Positions 1 to 11,992 of a stretch of DNA of 64,000 nt are shown here, one piece after another (the stretch's first letter is position 1; every line of letters begins with the position of its first letter). The translations under genes were made by a program, and so were the position numbers. This DNA is from Macrostomum lignano (lineage: Eukaryota), in assembly GCA_002269645.1 (NCBI GenBank), contig NIVC01000095.1, positions 124,001 to 188,000 of the forward strand, given 5' to 3'. The notes below the pieces were generated by a model that worked only from the letters and a program-made list of their open reading frames with translations, was not told the DNA's origin and ran no database searches.

Positions 1-569
1 CAGCGCGGATCTCGCGAGCCGCGCCGACGATCGGGGCCGAGTTGCTTCCGCTGTCGGCCAGTCTGCTGCTGCTGCTGTTGCTGCAGGTCGAACACGTCGT
101 CATCATTCTCGTCGTCTTCTTCGTTCAACTGCCGACAGTAATTCCGACCGACGAAGTTCCTGGCCGTGTCGCAGCCGCCGCCGCCGCCGCTACCGCCGCT
201 GCTGCTGCACAGGTGCTTGTCAATAACGCTGTCCCAGCTAGAAGCAAGGAACACAGAGTCTTTGCGCTCTCGGCGTGGTCGTCGACTAGGTCTGTCGCCG
301 CCTTCGGAGCTGTCCCGAGCGTCGCTAGCCAGCCAAGGAAACGGGTTGGAGTCGGACAGGGAGGGGAAATGAAAGTGCTCGATAGACAGGCTGGGGTGCC
401 GGTGAAACATGCCGTGAGACAGGATGGTTGGATGGCAGTTGCGCTGCTGCTTGGACGAGCGCTTGCTTTTGGAACCGGCTTTTGAATTTGCAGAATCTGC
501 AGTCGCCGCTGCTGCCGCCGCTTTGTTCCGCTTGGCAACGGACGAGAAACACGGATCTAATTGAGATCT
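1..569 (-). CDS. Probable coding exon of an unidentified low-complexity protein (runs off the window start)
   Basis: The minus frame antisense to ORF 42..485 is open from an AG acceptor (aagCAG|AGA TCT CAA at 570-572) to position 1. It reads RSQLDPCFSSVAKRNKAAAAAATADS...RRERKDSVFLASSWDSVIDKHLC...EEDDENDDDVFDLQQQQQQQ. GC-rich composition like the other exons. Confidence 0.6.
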
Positions 570-1029
570 CTGCTTGGATTGCATATTGCGACCTATTTTA
601 TTTTCGCCTAAGACCTTTTAGCTTATTAGGGGAGCCGTTAGAATCGGTTCAATAAAAGCAGCAAAATCCACAGGAAGGCAAGAAGGCAGAGAAAAAATCA
701 GGTCGCATCTAAATTCAAGTCTCGTGTCGCTCGGTCGTCAGAGGCTTTATTATAAAAAAGGAAATTAGCATGCAAATTAGAGAATTGGAACTGCTTGTAA
801 AATTCTGCTATGGGTCTTCAGCTGTTGCTGGGGGTGTTGTTGACTTTCCTGTCACGACGCTGTAACTTTATATTGCCTATAGCTTTCGCCAGTTTAAGTT
901 GTGACTTGAATTAATTACTTATTTGCCGTGTGCTAACAGCTGTTGTGACAGATGCGGTCCAGGCCTATCACGGTTGTATTTTGTTATTCACAGAACTGCC
1001 ACTTCACGTTTTCTATACTCTTAACTATA

Positions 1030-1305
1030 GAATAATAAAATAATAAATTGATTACACCTGCTCTCTAATAATGAGCAGATGTGCAACCGACAGCTCAGCC
1101 GCAGCTATTGCGCGGCGCATCTGAGAGCTGCGTACGGCTGTTCAGTCCAAGGACTGGGGGATCGCCACACACACCCTCAATTACCCCAGCATTACAGAGT
1201 TAAGTGTCTTGCTCAAGGACACAGCTAGATTGTTCCGGGTGAGTCGAGAATCGAACCCAGACCTTCCAGTCGTAAGTCCGACGCTCCAACCACTGACTAC
1301 AACCC
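1030..1305 (-). mobile_element. tRNA-derived SINE with CORE/V-type central domain
   Basis: Minus strand starts GGGTTGTAGTCAGTGG (A box) ... GGTTCGATTC (B box), then GTGTCCTTGAGCAAGACACTTAAC (1199-1222), which resembles the CORE/V-SINE conserved domain. TTA-rich 3' tail near 1030-1050. Confidence 0.75.
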
Positions 1306-1430
1306 TAAATATAGAAAGAATGTTCATACATGTACGAGAGTAGTTCTAATCTTCGCTTTCTATTTATTGATTTTGTCAAGGCAAAGTAGGAAAGTGCAGT
1401 GGAAACTGGCAAGTGTTAACATCGTATACT

Positions 1431-3520
1431 GTATTTGTGCCATAGACACTATAGTGAATATCGTGCATTCGTGCCATAGACACTATAGTGAATATCGTGC
1501 ATTCGTGCCATAGACACTATAGTGAATATCCTGCATTTGTACCATAGACACTATAGTGAATATCCTGTATTTGTACCATAGACACTATAGTGAATATCCT
1601 GCATCTGTACCATAGACACTATAGTGAATATCGTGCATTTGTGCCATAGACACTATAGTGAATATCGTGCATTCGTGCCATAGACACTATAGTGAATATC
1701 CTGCATTCGTGCCATAGACACTATAGTGAATATCGTGCATTTGTGTCATAGACACTATAGTGAATATCGTGCATTCGTGCCATAGACACTATAGTGAATA
1801 TCGTGCATTTGTGTCATAGACACTATAGTGAATATCGTGCATTTGTGTCATAGACACTATAGTGAATATCGTGCATTTGTGTCATAGACACTATAGTGAA
1901 TATCGTGCATTCGTGCCATAGACACTATAGTGAATATCGTGCATTCGTGCCAAAGACACTATAGTGAATATCGTGCATTTGTGCCATAGACACTATAGTG
2001 AATATCGTGCATTTGTGCCATAGACACTATAGTGAATATCGTGCATTCGTGCCATAGACACTATAGTGAATATCGTGCATTTGTGCCATAGACACTATAG
2101 TGAATATCGTGCATTCGTGCCATAGACACTATAGTGAATATCGTGCATTCGTGCCATAGACACTATAGTGAATATCGTGCATTCGTGCCATAGACACTAT
2201 AGTGAATATTGTGCATTTGTGCCCATAGACACTATAGTGAATATCGTGCATTTGTACCATAGACACTATAGTGAATATCCTGCATCTGTACCATAGACAC
2301 TATAGTGAATATCCTGCATCTGTACCATAGACACTATAGTGAATATCGTGCATTTGTGCCATAGACACTATAGTGAATATCGTGCATTCGTGCCATAGAC
2401 ACTATAGTGAATATCCTGCATTCGTGCCATAGACACTATAGTGAATATCGTGCATTTGTGTCATAGACACTATAGTGAATATCGTGCATTTGTGCCATAG
2501 ACACTATAGTGAATATCGTGCATTCGTGCCATAGACACTATAGTGAATATCCTGCATTTGTACCATAGACACTATAGTGAATATCCTGCATTCGTGCCAT
2601 AGACACTATAGTGAATATCGTGCATTTGTGTCATAGACACTATAGTGAATATCGTGCATTCGTGCCATAGACACTATAGTGAATATCGTGCATTTGTGTC
2701 ATAGACACTATAGTGAATATCGTGCATTCGTGCCATAGACACTATAGTGAATATCGTGCATTCGTGCCATAGACACTATAGTGAATATCCTGCATTTGTA
2801 CCATAGACACTATAGTGAATATCCTGCATTTGTACATAGACACTATAGTGAATATCGTGCATTTGTACCATAGACACTATAGTGAATATCGTGCATTTGT
2901 GCCATAGACACTATAGTGAATATCGTGCATTTGTGTCATAGACACTATAGTGAATATCGTGCATTCGCGCCATAGACACTATAGTGAATATCGTGCATTT
3001 GTGTCATAGACACTATAGTGAATATCGTGCATTTGTGCCATAGACACTATAGTGAATATCGTGCATTCGTGCCATAGACACTATAGTGAATATCGTGTAT
3101 TTGTGCCATAGACACTATAGTGAATATCGTGCATTCGTGCCATAGACACTATAGTGAATATCGTGCATTTGTGCCATAGACACTATAGTGAATATCGTGC
3201 ATTCGTGCCATAGACACTATAGTGAATATCGTGAATCGGTGCCATAGACACTATAGTGAATATCGTGCATTCGTGCCATATACACTATAGTGAATATCGT
3301 GAATCGGTGCCATAGACACTATAGTGAATATCGTGCATTAGTGCCATAGACACTATAGTGAATATCGTGCATTCGTGCCATAGACACTATAGTGAATATC
3401 GTGCATTAGTGCCATAGACACTATAGTGAATATCGTGCATTTGTGCCATAGACACTATAGTGAATATCCTGCATTTGTGCCATAGACACTATAGTGAATA
3501 TCGTGCATTTGTGCCATAGA
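1431..3520. repeat. 34-bp minisatellite (CATAGACACTATAGTGAATATCGTGCATTCGTGC), about 61 copies
   Basis: Exact 34-nt period; contains the perfect palindrome CACTATAGTG; no unique spacers. Confidence 0.97.
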
Positions 3521-4093
3521 GACAATCTACTCTGTTACTAAAATACCTATGTAACTTTGATAAAGAATGGAGATTAAGGTGAGTTTCATGAAATTAAAAG
3601 AGTCATAGGAATAGCCACGACGCATGCACTTAGGTCACCATATATGAAAAGCTTCCAGACGCTTCATAATGCTATTTAATGCAGAGCTGATATGGCTGCA
3701 ATATCTGCTGCTAGCTACTGTAATTCGGGATCCAGTCATGATACTCCACGGCCAACTGTACTGTTTATCAAGGGCCGCAGTAGGAATTCAACTACTATAT
3801 AGGCAGCACCCTTCCCCTCTCCCCCCTAAAAACTATATTGAGCTCCCTCTGTAAATGACGCCCTGGACACATCTGATGATCATGTTAATATATAAGTTTG
3901 CTCACTGCAAACCAATAAAACTCATTGTACTGTATGAATCAAGTGGAGTGGAGAGGAGAGCAGCTAGAGCAGAGCAGAGAGGCAGATGGAGACGGGAGAG
4001 GAAGAGGGAAAGATTGGGGGGGGGCGCCAGGACAGGTGGAATCCAGCGTTAGCCATCAAATTTCAATATTTCATGCACAATTCTCTTTGTTGG

Positions 4094-4128
4094 CCAATGA
4101 GGAGCAGCAGTTCTCTAGCTTATATAAA
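4094..4128 (+). promoter_or_regulatory. CCAAT box and TATA box upstream of the plus-strand ORF
   Basis: CCAAT at 4094-4098 and TATATAAA at 4121-4128, about 85 nt before the ATG at 4214. Confidence 0.45.
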
Positions 4129-4213
4129 TATCTTACACTGGTTGAGAATCGACAAAATCAGAATCTCAGAGGATACACACGAATCCAGCTTCAATAATAC
4201 ACACGAATCCAGC

Positions 4214-4852
4214 ATGCCGCCAACGCCGCTATCGATATCCGATCAAGCCACAGTTGCTCAGCTGGTGACAAGTTACCGCGGCCACAACGCCATCTGGCTG
4301 GTGCACTTGGCCATCTTCGCTACCCTGGTGATCCTGCTGACAATGTCGTTTCTGCACTACAGGCAGAGAAGGCGCGCGGCCGCGCAGAATCGAACCTACA
4401 GCGCTCTGACGCGCAGTCTGCATCGTCAGGCCGAGATTGAAAACAGACTCAAACGGATGCAGATTAACAGCCGTCAGCAGCAGCAGCAGCAGCCGCAGCA
4501 GCAACTACTGGAGACTGCGCGAGACCGACAGTACGAAGGACGAGACGGTTGCATCGGATATCTGGTTGGTCGCTGCTGCTGCTGCTGGCGCGGTCGCAAC
4601 TTCGACAACGATGGAGCTCGGCCGAGAAACCAACTGCAGTTGCAGCAGCAACAGTTCGAGAGGCACAGTCAACAGTCAGCGGCCGCCAGCCGATCGCATG
4701 GCGGCAATGCAGCGGGACGGAGCACAAATTTGATTTTTTCAGCATTCAGGTCGCACCAAGCCACGACTGCAGGTGCTGGAGCTCATCGCAGCGGTGCGCA
4801 GCAGTGCAGCAACGTCTACACGCTCGGTAGTAGCGGGATGTGCGACTACTGA
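4214..4852 (+). CDS. Intronless single-pass membrane protein (212 aa) with poly-Q tracts and a CCCC cluster
   Basis: In-frame ATG at 4214 within ORF 3986..4852. Hydrophobic segment AIWLVHLAIFATLVILLTMSFLHY is followed by RQRRR (positive-inside pattern). Downstream poly-Q and GRCCCCWRG. Confidence 0.7.
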   Translation: MPPTPLSISDQATVAQLVTSYRGHNAIWLVHLAIFATLVILLTMSFLHYRQRRRAAAQNRTYSALTRSLHRQAEIENRLKRMQINSRQQQQQQPQQQLLETARDRQYEGRDGCIGYLVGRCCCCWRGRNFDNDGARPRNQLQLQQQQFERHSQQSAAASRSHGGNAAGRSTNLIFSAFRSHQATTAGAGAHRSGAQQCSNVYTLGSSGMCDY

Positions 4853-5499
4853 CCGAAATTTACTTGACTTGGCTAGATTACATGCAAAGTGTAAGTACGT
4901 GTATGGTACATGGACTTACGTCACTTCATCTGCGTCACTTCATTTTAAGATGACTGAATTAATTTAACCAATTCCGTTGACTCAAAACTGGAGTTCAAGA
5001 AAAAGCTGCTATATGACGTCTCGTTCCTCTTAAATGATCCTAATTGCATGCACTATGATATTAGGATATTTATACCACAACCACATATCGCTTGCTTAAA
5101 TTGCTTGAACTGACTATACCACCTTTTCCCATTTCAGTTTTGAACTACAGCTGCAACCAATTTTAATTTTCTTCCACTCGATTCCGATGCTAGTGTCTAT
5201 TATCTAATTGTCTTAATCGATTTAAAAGAGTCGGAATTAAATTTGCGGGATACAAATTTCAACCAGAAAAACGATAATGCGCAGGCTCTTGCTTTCACTA
5301 GCAAAGAAGCAAAGAGCAAAAATTTTTCATGCAAATCCATTAAAAAGCACATTTTCTTAAGAACCGTTCCTTCTTCAATTTTATAAATCACCTTATTTAA
5401 GTAAAATTGTCTTAGACAATGATGTTTGCTATGGATCTCTTTTTCTTAAAGTAACAAAAAAAGCCTTCACAAAGATAATGTGCATTCCCCCTAAATATA

Positions 5500-5757
5500 A
5501 AGCATCACCCAGATAGCAAGCATCCCTGGATAGCAAGAGTCCCTTGTTAGCAAGCATCCCTGGATAGCAAGAGTCCCTTGTTAGCAAGCATCCCTGGATA
5601 GCAAGAGTCCCTAGATAGCAAGCATCCCTGGATAGCAAGCATCCCTGGATAGCAAGCATCCCTGGATAGCAAGCATCCCTGGATAGCAAGCATCCCTGGA
5701 TAGCAAGCATCCCTTGATAGCAAGCATCCCTGGATAGCAAGCATCCCTGGATAGCAA
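5500..5757. repeat. 17-bp minisatellite (GGATAGCAAGCATCCCT), left part of an array split by the LINE
   Basis: 17-nt period; shares unit variants (GAGTCCCTTGTTAGCAAG) with the array at 9626-11880. Confidence 0.95.
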
Positions 5758-8700
5758 ACAACAACAACAACAGAGTACGCTGCCGGGTCGTAAAAAGCAA
5801 CGTCAGATGGCACGCTTCGAAGCTTGGGCGCGAACAAAGGCCGCACCGCCGGCAGAGTCCGGGGCGCCGGCGTCAGCCAGCAGACAGTCGACGTAGCGCC
5901 GTGTCCTCGCTTGTCCCCGCCGGTAGGGTGCCTGCAACGTAAGTAGCAGCACCTCCTGCACCGGCTCCGGACAGTAGGCCTCGGCGCGGATGACGTGGCC
6001 TGCCAGCTGGAGTCGCCGACGGCGCAGCAGATCGCTAGGACGGGCCAGGCCGGCGCGATGGTAGAGCGCCGTGTTGGTGACTCGCTCGTTGCCGATCTTG
6101 AAGGCGGCGCGCAGCAGGCCAGCGTGCGCCGCGTCGACTTGAGCCTCGAGCGAGTCTGTCAGCGTCCAGGTCTCGGCGTTGTATAACAGGACGGTTTCGA
6201 TCACCGCCTGGAACAGCGCCGCCCTCTGGCGGTCCGGTAGGGCCTCGGACTGCAGGACTGACCTTATAGAACGAAAGGCAGCCCAGGCAAGTCCTCGGCG
6301 ACGCCGCAGATCCTCGCGAACGTCGGGAACCAGACCGCCGAGGTAGACGAACTGCTGACATCTTGGAAGCTCACTCGCCTGTCCGTCAGCGCCTCGGCAG
6401 AAGATTGCAGCCTCGGTGTCGTCCGGCACGCATAGCACGACGGTCTTCTGCGTGTTGACCACCAGGCCGACGCTCGCCGCAACGGCAACCAGCCTATCCA
6501 GCTGTCGTTGGGCGCCCTCGACGGTCGAGGACAGCAGGGCGAGGTCATCGGCGTAGCCAAGCACGCTGAGCCGTCTCTCCGGTTGGCGTCGACCCACGCG
6601 TCGCCGCAGCAGGAAGCCGTCGTCGTTGGAAGGCAGAGCAGTCCGTAGCACCCAGTCAAGCACCAGAATAAATAGGAACGGCGCTAGCGTATCTCCCTGG
6701 AGCACCCCGGAGGATGTCTCGAAGAAATCCGATAGGCCGTCCGGTGTTGAGACAGCAGCCGTCGTGCCGTGGTACAGCGCCATGACAGCAGAAATCAGCA
6801 GCTCTGGCACGTTGTACGCACGGAGCACCTCTGGGAGCGCGTCCCTCACGACCGAGTCGAAGGCCTTCCTGAAATCGACGAAGATCAGGATGAGGGTCAA
6901 CTGGCGGATGCGCGCCTCCTCGATGACTCGCCGAAGAGCCAGGATCTGCGTCACTGTGCCGCGATGGGGCCGGAATCCGTTCTGCTCAGGCCGCAAGTAC
7001 GGGTCCAGCACAGGCTGTAGCCGCGATAGCAGCATGCGGTTGAACAGCTTCGCGGCGCAGGACTGTAGGCAGATGCCTCGATGCTCCTCGAGCTTGGTGG
7101 TGCCCGGCTTCTTTGGAATGGCGACGATGTGCGCCGTGGTCCATTCGTTTGGCGCCACCTCACCGGAAAGCACGCGGTTCATCACTCTGGCGACCTCAGT
7201 GGCCACGCAGTGGATCCGCAGCGCCTCGGTGGGCACCTCGTCCGGACCAAGCGCTTTGCCGCCCGGCGACTGCCGAGCGAACTTCACAACGTCGGCTGTG
7301 CTGACTGGGGCAACGTTGAAACTCTCCTCCGCCGGCAACGGCGTCTCCGGCGGCAGCCTCAGATTTTCTGGAAGCGGAGGGGGCGGCGCGTTGACAATGG
7401 CGGCGAAGAACTCGCGCAGCTCGTTCCTGCGCTCATCCGGAGTGTCGCCTGCCAGGTTGAGCGCAATGCGCCGCTTTCGCCCCGTCAGAGTGTTGATGAT
7501 GGACCAGGCCACGCGCCCTCTGGCATCGGGCCCTGCGGCAGAGACGGCTTGGATGGCGTCATCGACAGCGGACTGCTGCCGCTGCAGGTAGACAGCCGCC
7601 AGAGCCTCCTCCGCCTCGCGAGTTTGCCGCCCACTCAGACGGAGCCTCTCCAGATCTTCCCTCGCTTCGTCGATCGCGGGGTCGTCCTGCCAGACCGGCT
7701 GCCCGCGCTGGGCCGGTCGCATCAGCGGGACTGCTTGCTCCGCAGCGGCTCGAACTGCAGCGCTCACCTCCGCGTACTCGGCTCCTCCACGCTTGTCGCC
7801 CAGCGCAGTGACAAAGGCACCGGCAAAGCGACGTCGCGTCTCGGCGTCCCTGAGCGCGCGTAGTAGCGCCGCGGTGGCCGCTTTGGCGGACGGTAGAGCG
7901 GGTCCCGAAGCCGAAGGTCGCAGATGAGCAGTCGATGGTCGGACCGCAGAGCCAGCGGTGTAATGGTGCGGCAGTTGGTGACGCGGCGGCGCTCACGAAA
8001 GCGCACAAGCACGTGGTCGAGCTGTGCCAGCCTCCGCGTAGCGTTCCGGCCGCGCGCGTTCCGCCGCCTCCGCTTGCAGCCCACGAAGGTCGCGAGCCTG
8101 CCCGGTGACTTGCGGAATCTGGTGTTGGCCGACACCATGTCCTGTCTCTCCAGGAAGTCCTCTAGCGCTCCGGTGTTGCCGTTCTCGCGCGCTGTCACGA
8201 AAAGCGATCGCTCGGACCTACGCAGAACTGCGTTCAGGTCTCCGAGAATGACCACTGTGTCACGTTGCGCCATCTCCTCCACCCGCACCGAGAGTTGCTC
8301 GAAGAAGGCCTGAGCCTCATCGGAGCGGGTAGCAGGCGGCGCGTACGCGCAGAACAAACGGGCGTTCCGGCCGCGAAGCCGGACGTCGACCCGAAGCAGC
8401 CGAGAAGACAGGGAGACGCAGCGACAGCTCTGCTGCAGCCTCGGTCCGATCAGTGCTCCAACTCCTCCACGGCCTCGCTCATCCGCTGAGGTGTAACAGA
8501 GTGTCCAACCGGCGCCCAGGTCCTCACAGTGAAGTCCGGGGTCGGCTCTGATAGACACCTCCTGTAGTGCGATGACATCACAGCTGAGGTCGAGCGCTAG
8601 CCTCGCCAGCAGCCCTCTCCGCCATGTGGCCTTGAGAGTGCGGCAGTTCAGCGTCCCGACCCGAAGCGTGCCCTCTGGTACGGCTGGGGCTCGATGCTGG

Positions 8701-8945
8701 TGAGCCTCATGGTCCCCGGCGCCACACGGAAGATCCAGTTGGGCCAGCGCAGCAGCAGCTCGGCGGGCGGCGCCACGTTGCCGACCTCGCCAGTTTCGCT
8801 CGCGACGACGTTCGACTCGCCGACGCGCGCTCCGCTGCCCTCGCTTGGTCCTGCCGCATTTGGCCGCCGCAGCAGTTAAGCGCGGCTCTCCGCTCTTACC
8901 ACGAGGAGGTAGCGGCATTTATCTGCACCGTGGTGCAAATAAATT
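5757..8945 (-). mobile_element. Non-LTR retrotransposon (RTE-clade-like LINE), near full length, one frameshift
   Basis: Single long ORF with APE and RT domains, about 30-nt 3'UTR and (TTG)n tail at 5757-5772. C-terminal RRRRLQLAGHVIR and RRGQARTRRYVD motifs are typical of RTE elements. Confidence 0.9.
5803..8918 (-). CDS. APE endonuclease plus reverse transcriptase polyprotein, split by a 1-nt frameshift near 7860
   Basis: APE motifs GTLNCRTL, IALQEV, VILGDLNA, QLDHVLV, SDHRLL in ORF 7764..8918. RT motifs FVDFRKAFDSV, GVLQGDTLAPFLF, YADDLAL in ORF 5803..7767. Restoring one base after RRYY joins them (RALRDAETRRRFAGAF...). Confidence 0.9.
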
Positions 8946-9629
8946 AAGACTGCAAATAAATTAAGACTGCAAATAAATTAAGACTGCAAATAAATTAAGA
9001 CTGCAAATAAATTAAGACTGCAAATAAATTAAGACTGCAAATAAATTAAGACTGCAAATAAATTAAGACTGCAAATAAATTAAGACTGCAAATAAATTAA
9101 GACTGCAAATAAATTAAGACTGCAAATAAATTAAGACTGCAAATAAATTAAGACTGCAAATAAATTAAGACTGCAAATAAATTAAGACTGCAAATAAATT
9201 AAGACTGCAAATAAATTAAGACTGCAAATAAATTAAGACTGCAAATAAATTAAGACTGCAAATAAATTAAGACTGCAAATAAATTAAGACTGCAAATAAA
9301 TTAAGACTGCAAATAAATTAAGACTGCAAATAAATTAAGACTGCAAATAAATTAAGACTGCAAATAAATTAAGACTGCAAATAAATTAAGACTGCAAATA
9401 AATTAAGACTGCAAATAAATTAAGACTGCAAATAAATTAAGACTGCAAATAAATTAAGACTGCAAATAAATTAAGACTGCAAATAAATTTAGACTGCAAA
9501 TAAATTAAGACTGCAAATAAATTAAGACTGCAAATAAATTAAGACTGCAAATAAATTAAGACTGCAAATAAATTAAGACTGCAAATAAATTAAGACTGCA
9601 AATAAATTAAGACTGCAAATAGACTGCAA
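8934..9629. repeat. 17-bp tandem array (GACTGCAAATAAATTAA), about 40 nearly identical copies at the LINE 5' end
   Basis: Exact 17-nt period; one internal substitution seen (near 9490). Confidence 0.97.
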
Positions 9630-11880
9630 GCATCCATGGATGCTTGCTATCCCTGGATAGCAAGCATCCATGGATAGCAAGCATCCCTGGATAGCAAGCA
9701 TCCCTGGATAGCAAGCATCCCTGGATAGCAAGCATCCCTGGATAGCAAGCATCCCTGGATAGCAAGCATCCCTGGATAGCAAGCATCCCTGGATAGCAAG
9801 CATCCCTGGATAGCAAGCATCCATGGATAGCAAGCATCCCTGGATAGCAAGAGTCCCTAGATAGCAAGCATCCCTGGATAGCAAGCATCCCTGGATAGCA
9901 AGCGTCCCTGGATAGCAAGCGTCCCTGGATAGCAAGCATCCCTGGATAGCAAGCATCCCTGGATAGCAAGCGTCCCTGGATAGCAAGCATCCCTGGATAG
10001 CAAGCATCCCTGGATAGCAAGCATCCCTGGATAGCAAGCATCCCTGGATAGCAAGCATCCCTGGATAGCAAGCATCCCTGGATAGCAAGCATCCCTGGAT
10101 AGCAAGCATCCCTGGATAGCAAGCATCCCTAGATAGCAAGCATCCCTAGATAGCTATCAGCAGAGAGCTAGTTAGAACTGATTGAGATAGCAAGAGTCCC
10201 TAGATAGCAAGCATCCCTGGATAGCAAGCATCCCTGCATAGCAAGCATCCCTGGATAGCAAGCATCCATGGATAGCAAGCATCCCTGGATAGCAAGCATC
10301 CCTGGATAGCAAGCATCCCTGGATAGCAAGCATCCCTGGATAGCAAGAGTCCCTTGTTAGCAAGCATCCCTGGATAGCAAGCATCCCTGGATAGCAAGAG
10401 TCCCTAGATAGCAAGCATCCCTGGATAGCAAGCATCCATGGATAGCAAGCATCCCTGGATAGCAAGCATCCCTGGATAGCAAGCATCCCTGGATAGCAAG
10501 CATCCCTGGATAGCAAGAGTCCCTAGATAGCAAGCATCCCTGGATAGCAAGCATCCCTGGATAGCAAGCATCCCTGGATAGCAAGCATCCCTGGATAGCA
10601 AGCATCCCTGGATAGCAAGCATCCCTGGATAGCAAGCATCCCTGGATAGCAAGCATCCCTGGATAGCAAGCATCCCTGGATAGCAAGAGTCCCTAGTAGC
10701 AAGCATCCCTGGATAGCAAGCATCCCTGATAGCAAGCATCCCTGGATAGCAAGCATCCCTGGATAGCAAGCATCCCTGGATAGCAAGCATCCCTGGATAG
10801 CAAGCATCCCTGGATAGCAAGCATCCCTGATAGCAAGCATCCCTGATAGCAAGCATCCCTGGATAGCAAGCATCCCTGGATAGCAAGCATCCCTGGATAG
10901 CAAGCATCCCTGGATAGCAAGCATCCCTGGATAGCAAGAGTCCCTAGATAGCAAGCATCCCTGGATAGCAAGCATCCCTGGATAGCAAGCATCCCTGGAT
11001 AGCAAGCATCCCTGGATAGCAAGCATCCCTGGATAGCAAGCATCCCTGGATAGCAAGCATCCCTGGATAGCAAGCATCCCTGGATAGCAAGCATCCCTGG
11101 ATAGAAAGAGTCCCTAATAGCAAGCATCCCTGGATAGCAAGCATCCCTGGATAGCAAGCATCCCTGGATAGCAAGCATCCCTGGATAGCAAGCATCCCTG
11201 GATAGCAAGCATCCCTGGATAGCAAGCATCCCTGGATAGCAAGCATCCCTGGATAGCAAGCATCCCTGGATAGCAAGCATCCCTGGATAGCAAGCATCCC
11301 TGGATAGCAAGCATCCCTGGATAGCAAGCATCCCTGGATAGCAAGCATCCCTGGATAGCAAGCATCCCTGGATAGCAAGCATCCCTGGATAGCAAGCATC
11401 CCTGGATAGCAAGCATCCCTGGATAGCAAGCATCCCTGGATAGCAAGCATCCCTGGATAGCAAGCATCCCTGGATAGCAAGCATCCAGGATAGCAAGCAT
11501 CCCTGGATAGCAAGCCCTAGATAGCAAGCATCCCTGGATAGCAAGCATCCCTGGATAGCAAGCATCCCTGGATAGCAAGCATCCATGGATAGCAAGCATC
11601 CCTGGATAGCAAGCCCTATTAGCAAGCATCCCTGGATAGCAAGCATCCCTGGATAGCAAGCATCCCTGGATAGCAAGCAATCCTGGATAGCAAGCATCCC
11701 TGGATAGCAAGCATCCCTGGATAGCAAGCATCCCTGGATAGCAAGCATCCCTGGATAGCAAGCATCCCTGGATAGCAAGAGTCCCTAGTTAGCAAGCATC
11801 CCTGGATAGCAAGAGTCCCTAGATAGCAAGCATCCCTGGATAGCAAGCATCCCTGGATAGCAAGCATCCCTAGATAGCTA
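9626..11880. repeat. 17-bp minisatellite (GGATAGCAAGCATCCCT), right part, interrupted at 10150-10185
   Basis: 17-nt period; source of the spurious MLSRDACYPG ORFs. Confidence 0.97.
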
Positions 11881-11992
11881 TCACCCCCCGCCAGAGAGCT
11901 AGTAGGTTAGAACTGATTGACTTTTGTCAAAAGTGTACGTAAACTGTCGTTGGTTGCAGGTAGTTTAAAACGGAAAGTGAACCAGTTGTAGC

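Noticed and set aside
42-538. ORF-track ORFs 42..485 (+) and 125..538 (-)
   Set aside because: They are antisense or off-frame shadows of the better minus-strand frame with acidic and poly-Q content.
1240-1305. tRNA gene (also 18233-18300)
   Set aside because: A and B boxes are present, but there is no complete cloverleaf or acceptor stem, and the sequence continues into a SINE body and tail.
1431-3520. CRISPR-like array or SP6 promoter (GACACTATAG) vector contamination
   Set aside because: Units are contiguous with no unique spacers and there are no cas genes. Only 10 nt match the SP6 promoter, inside a diverging genomic minisatellite.
9573-11867. Long repetitive ORFs (MLSRDACYPG...), and likewise those at 41.4-43.0, 46.8-48.9 and 50.8-54.8 kb
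   Set aside because: They are stop-free translations of tandem units, open in several frames and mostly lying within introns.
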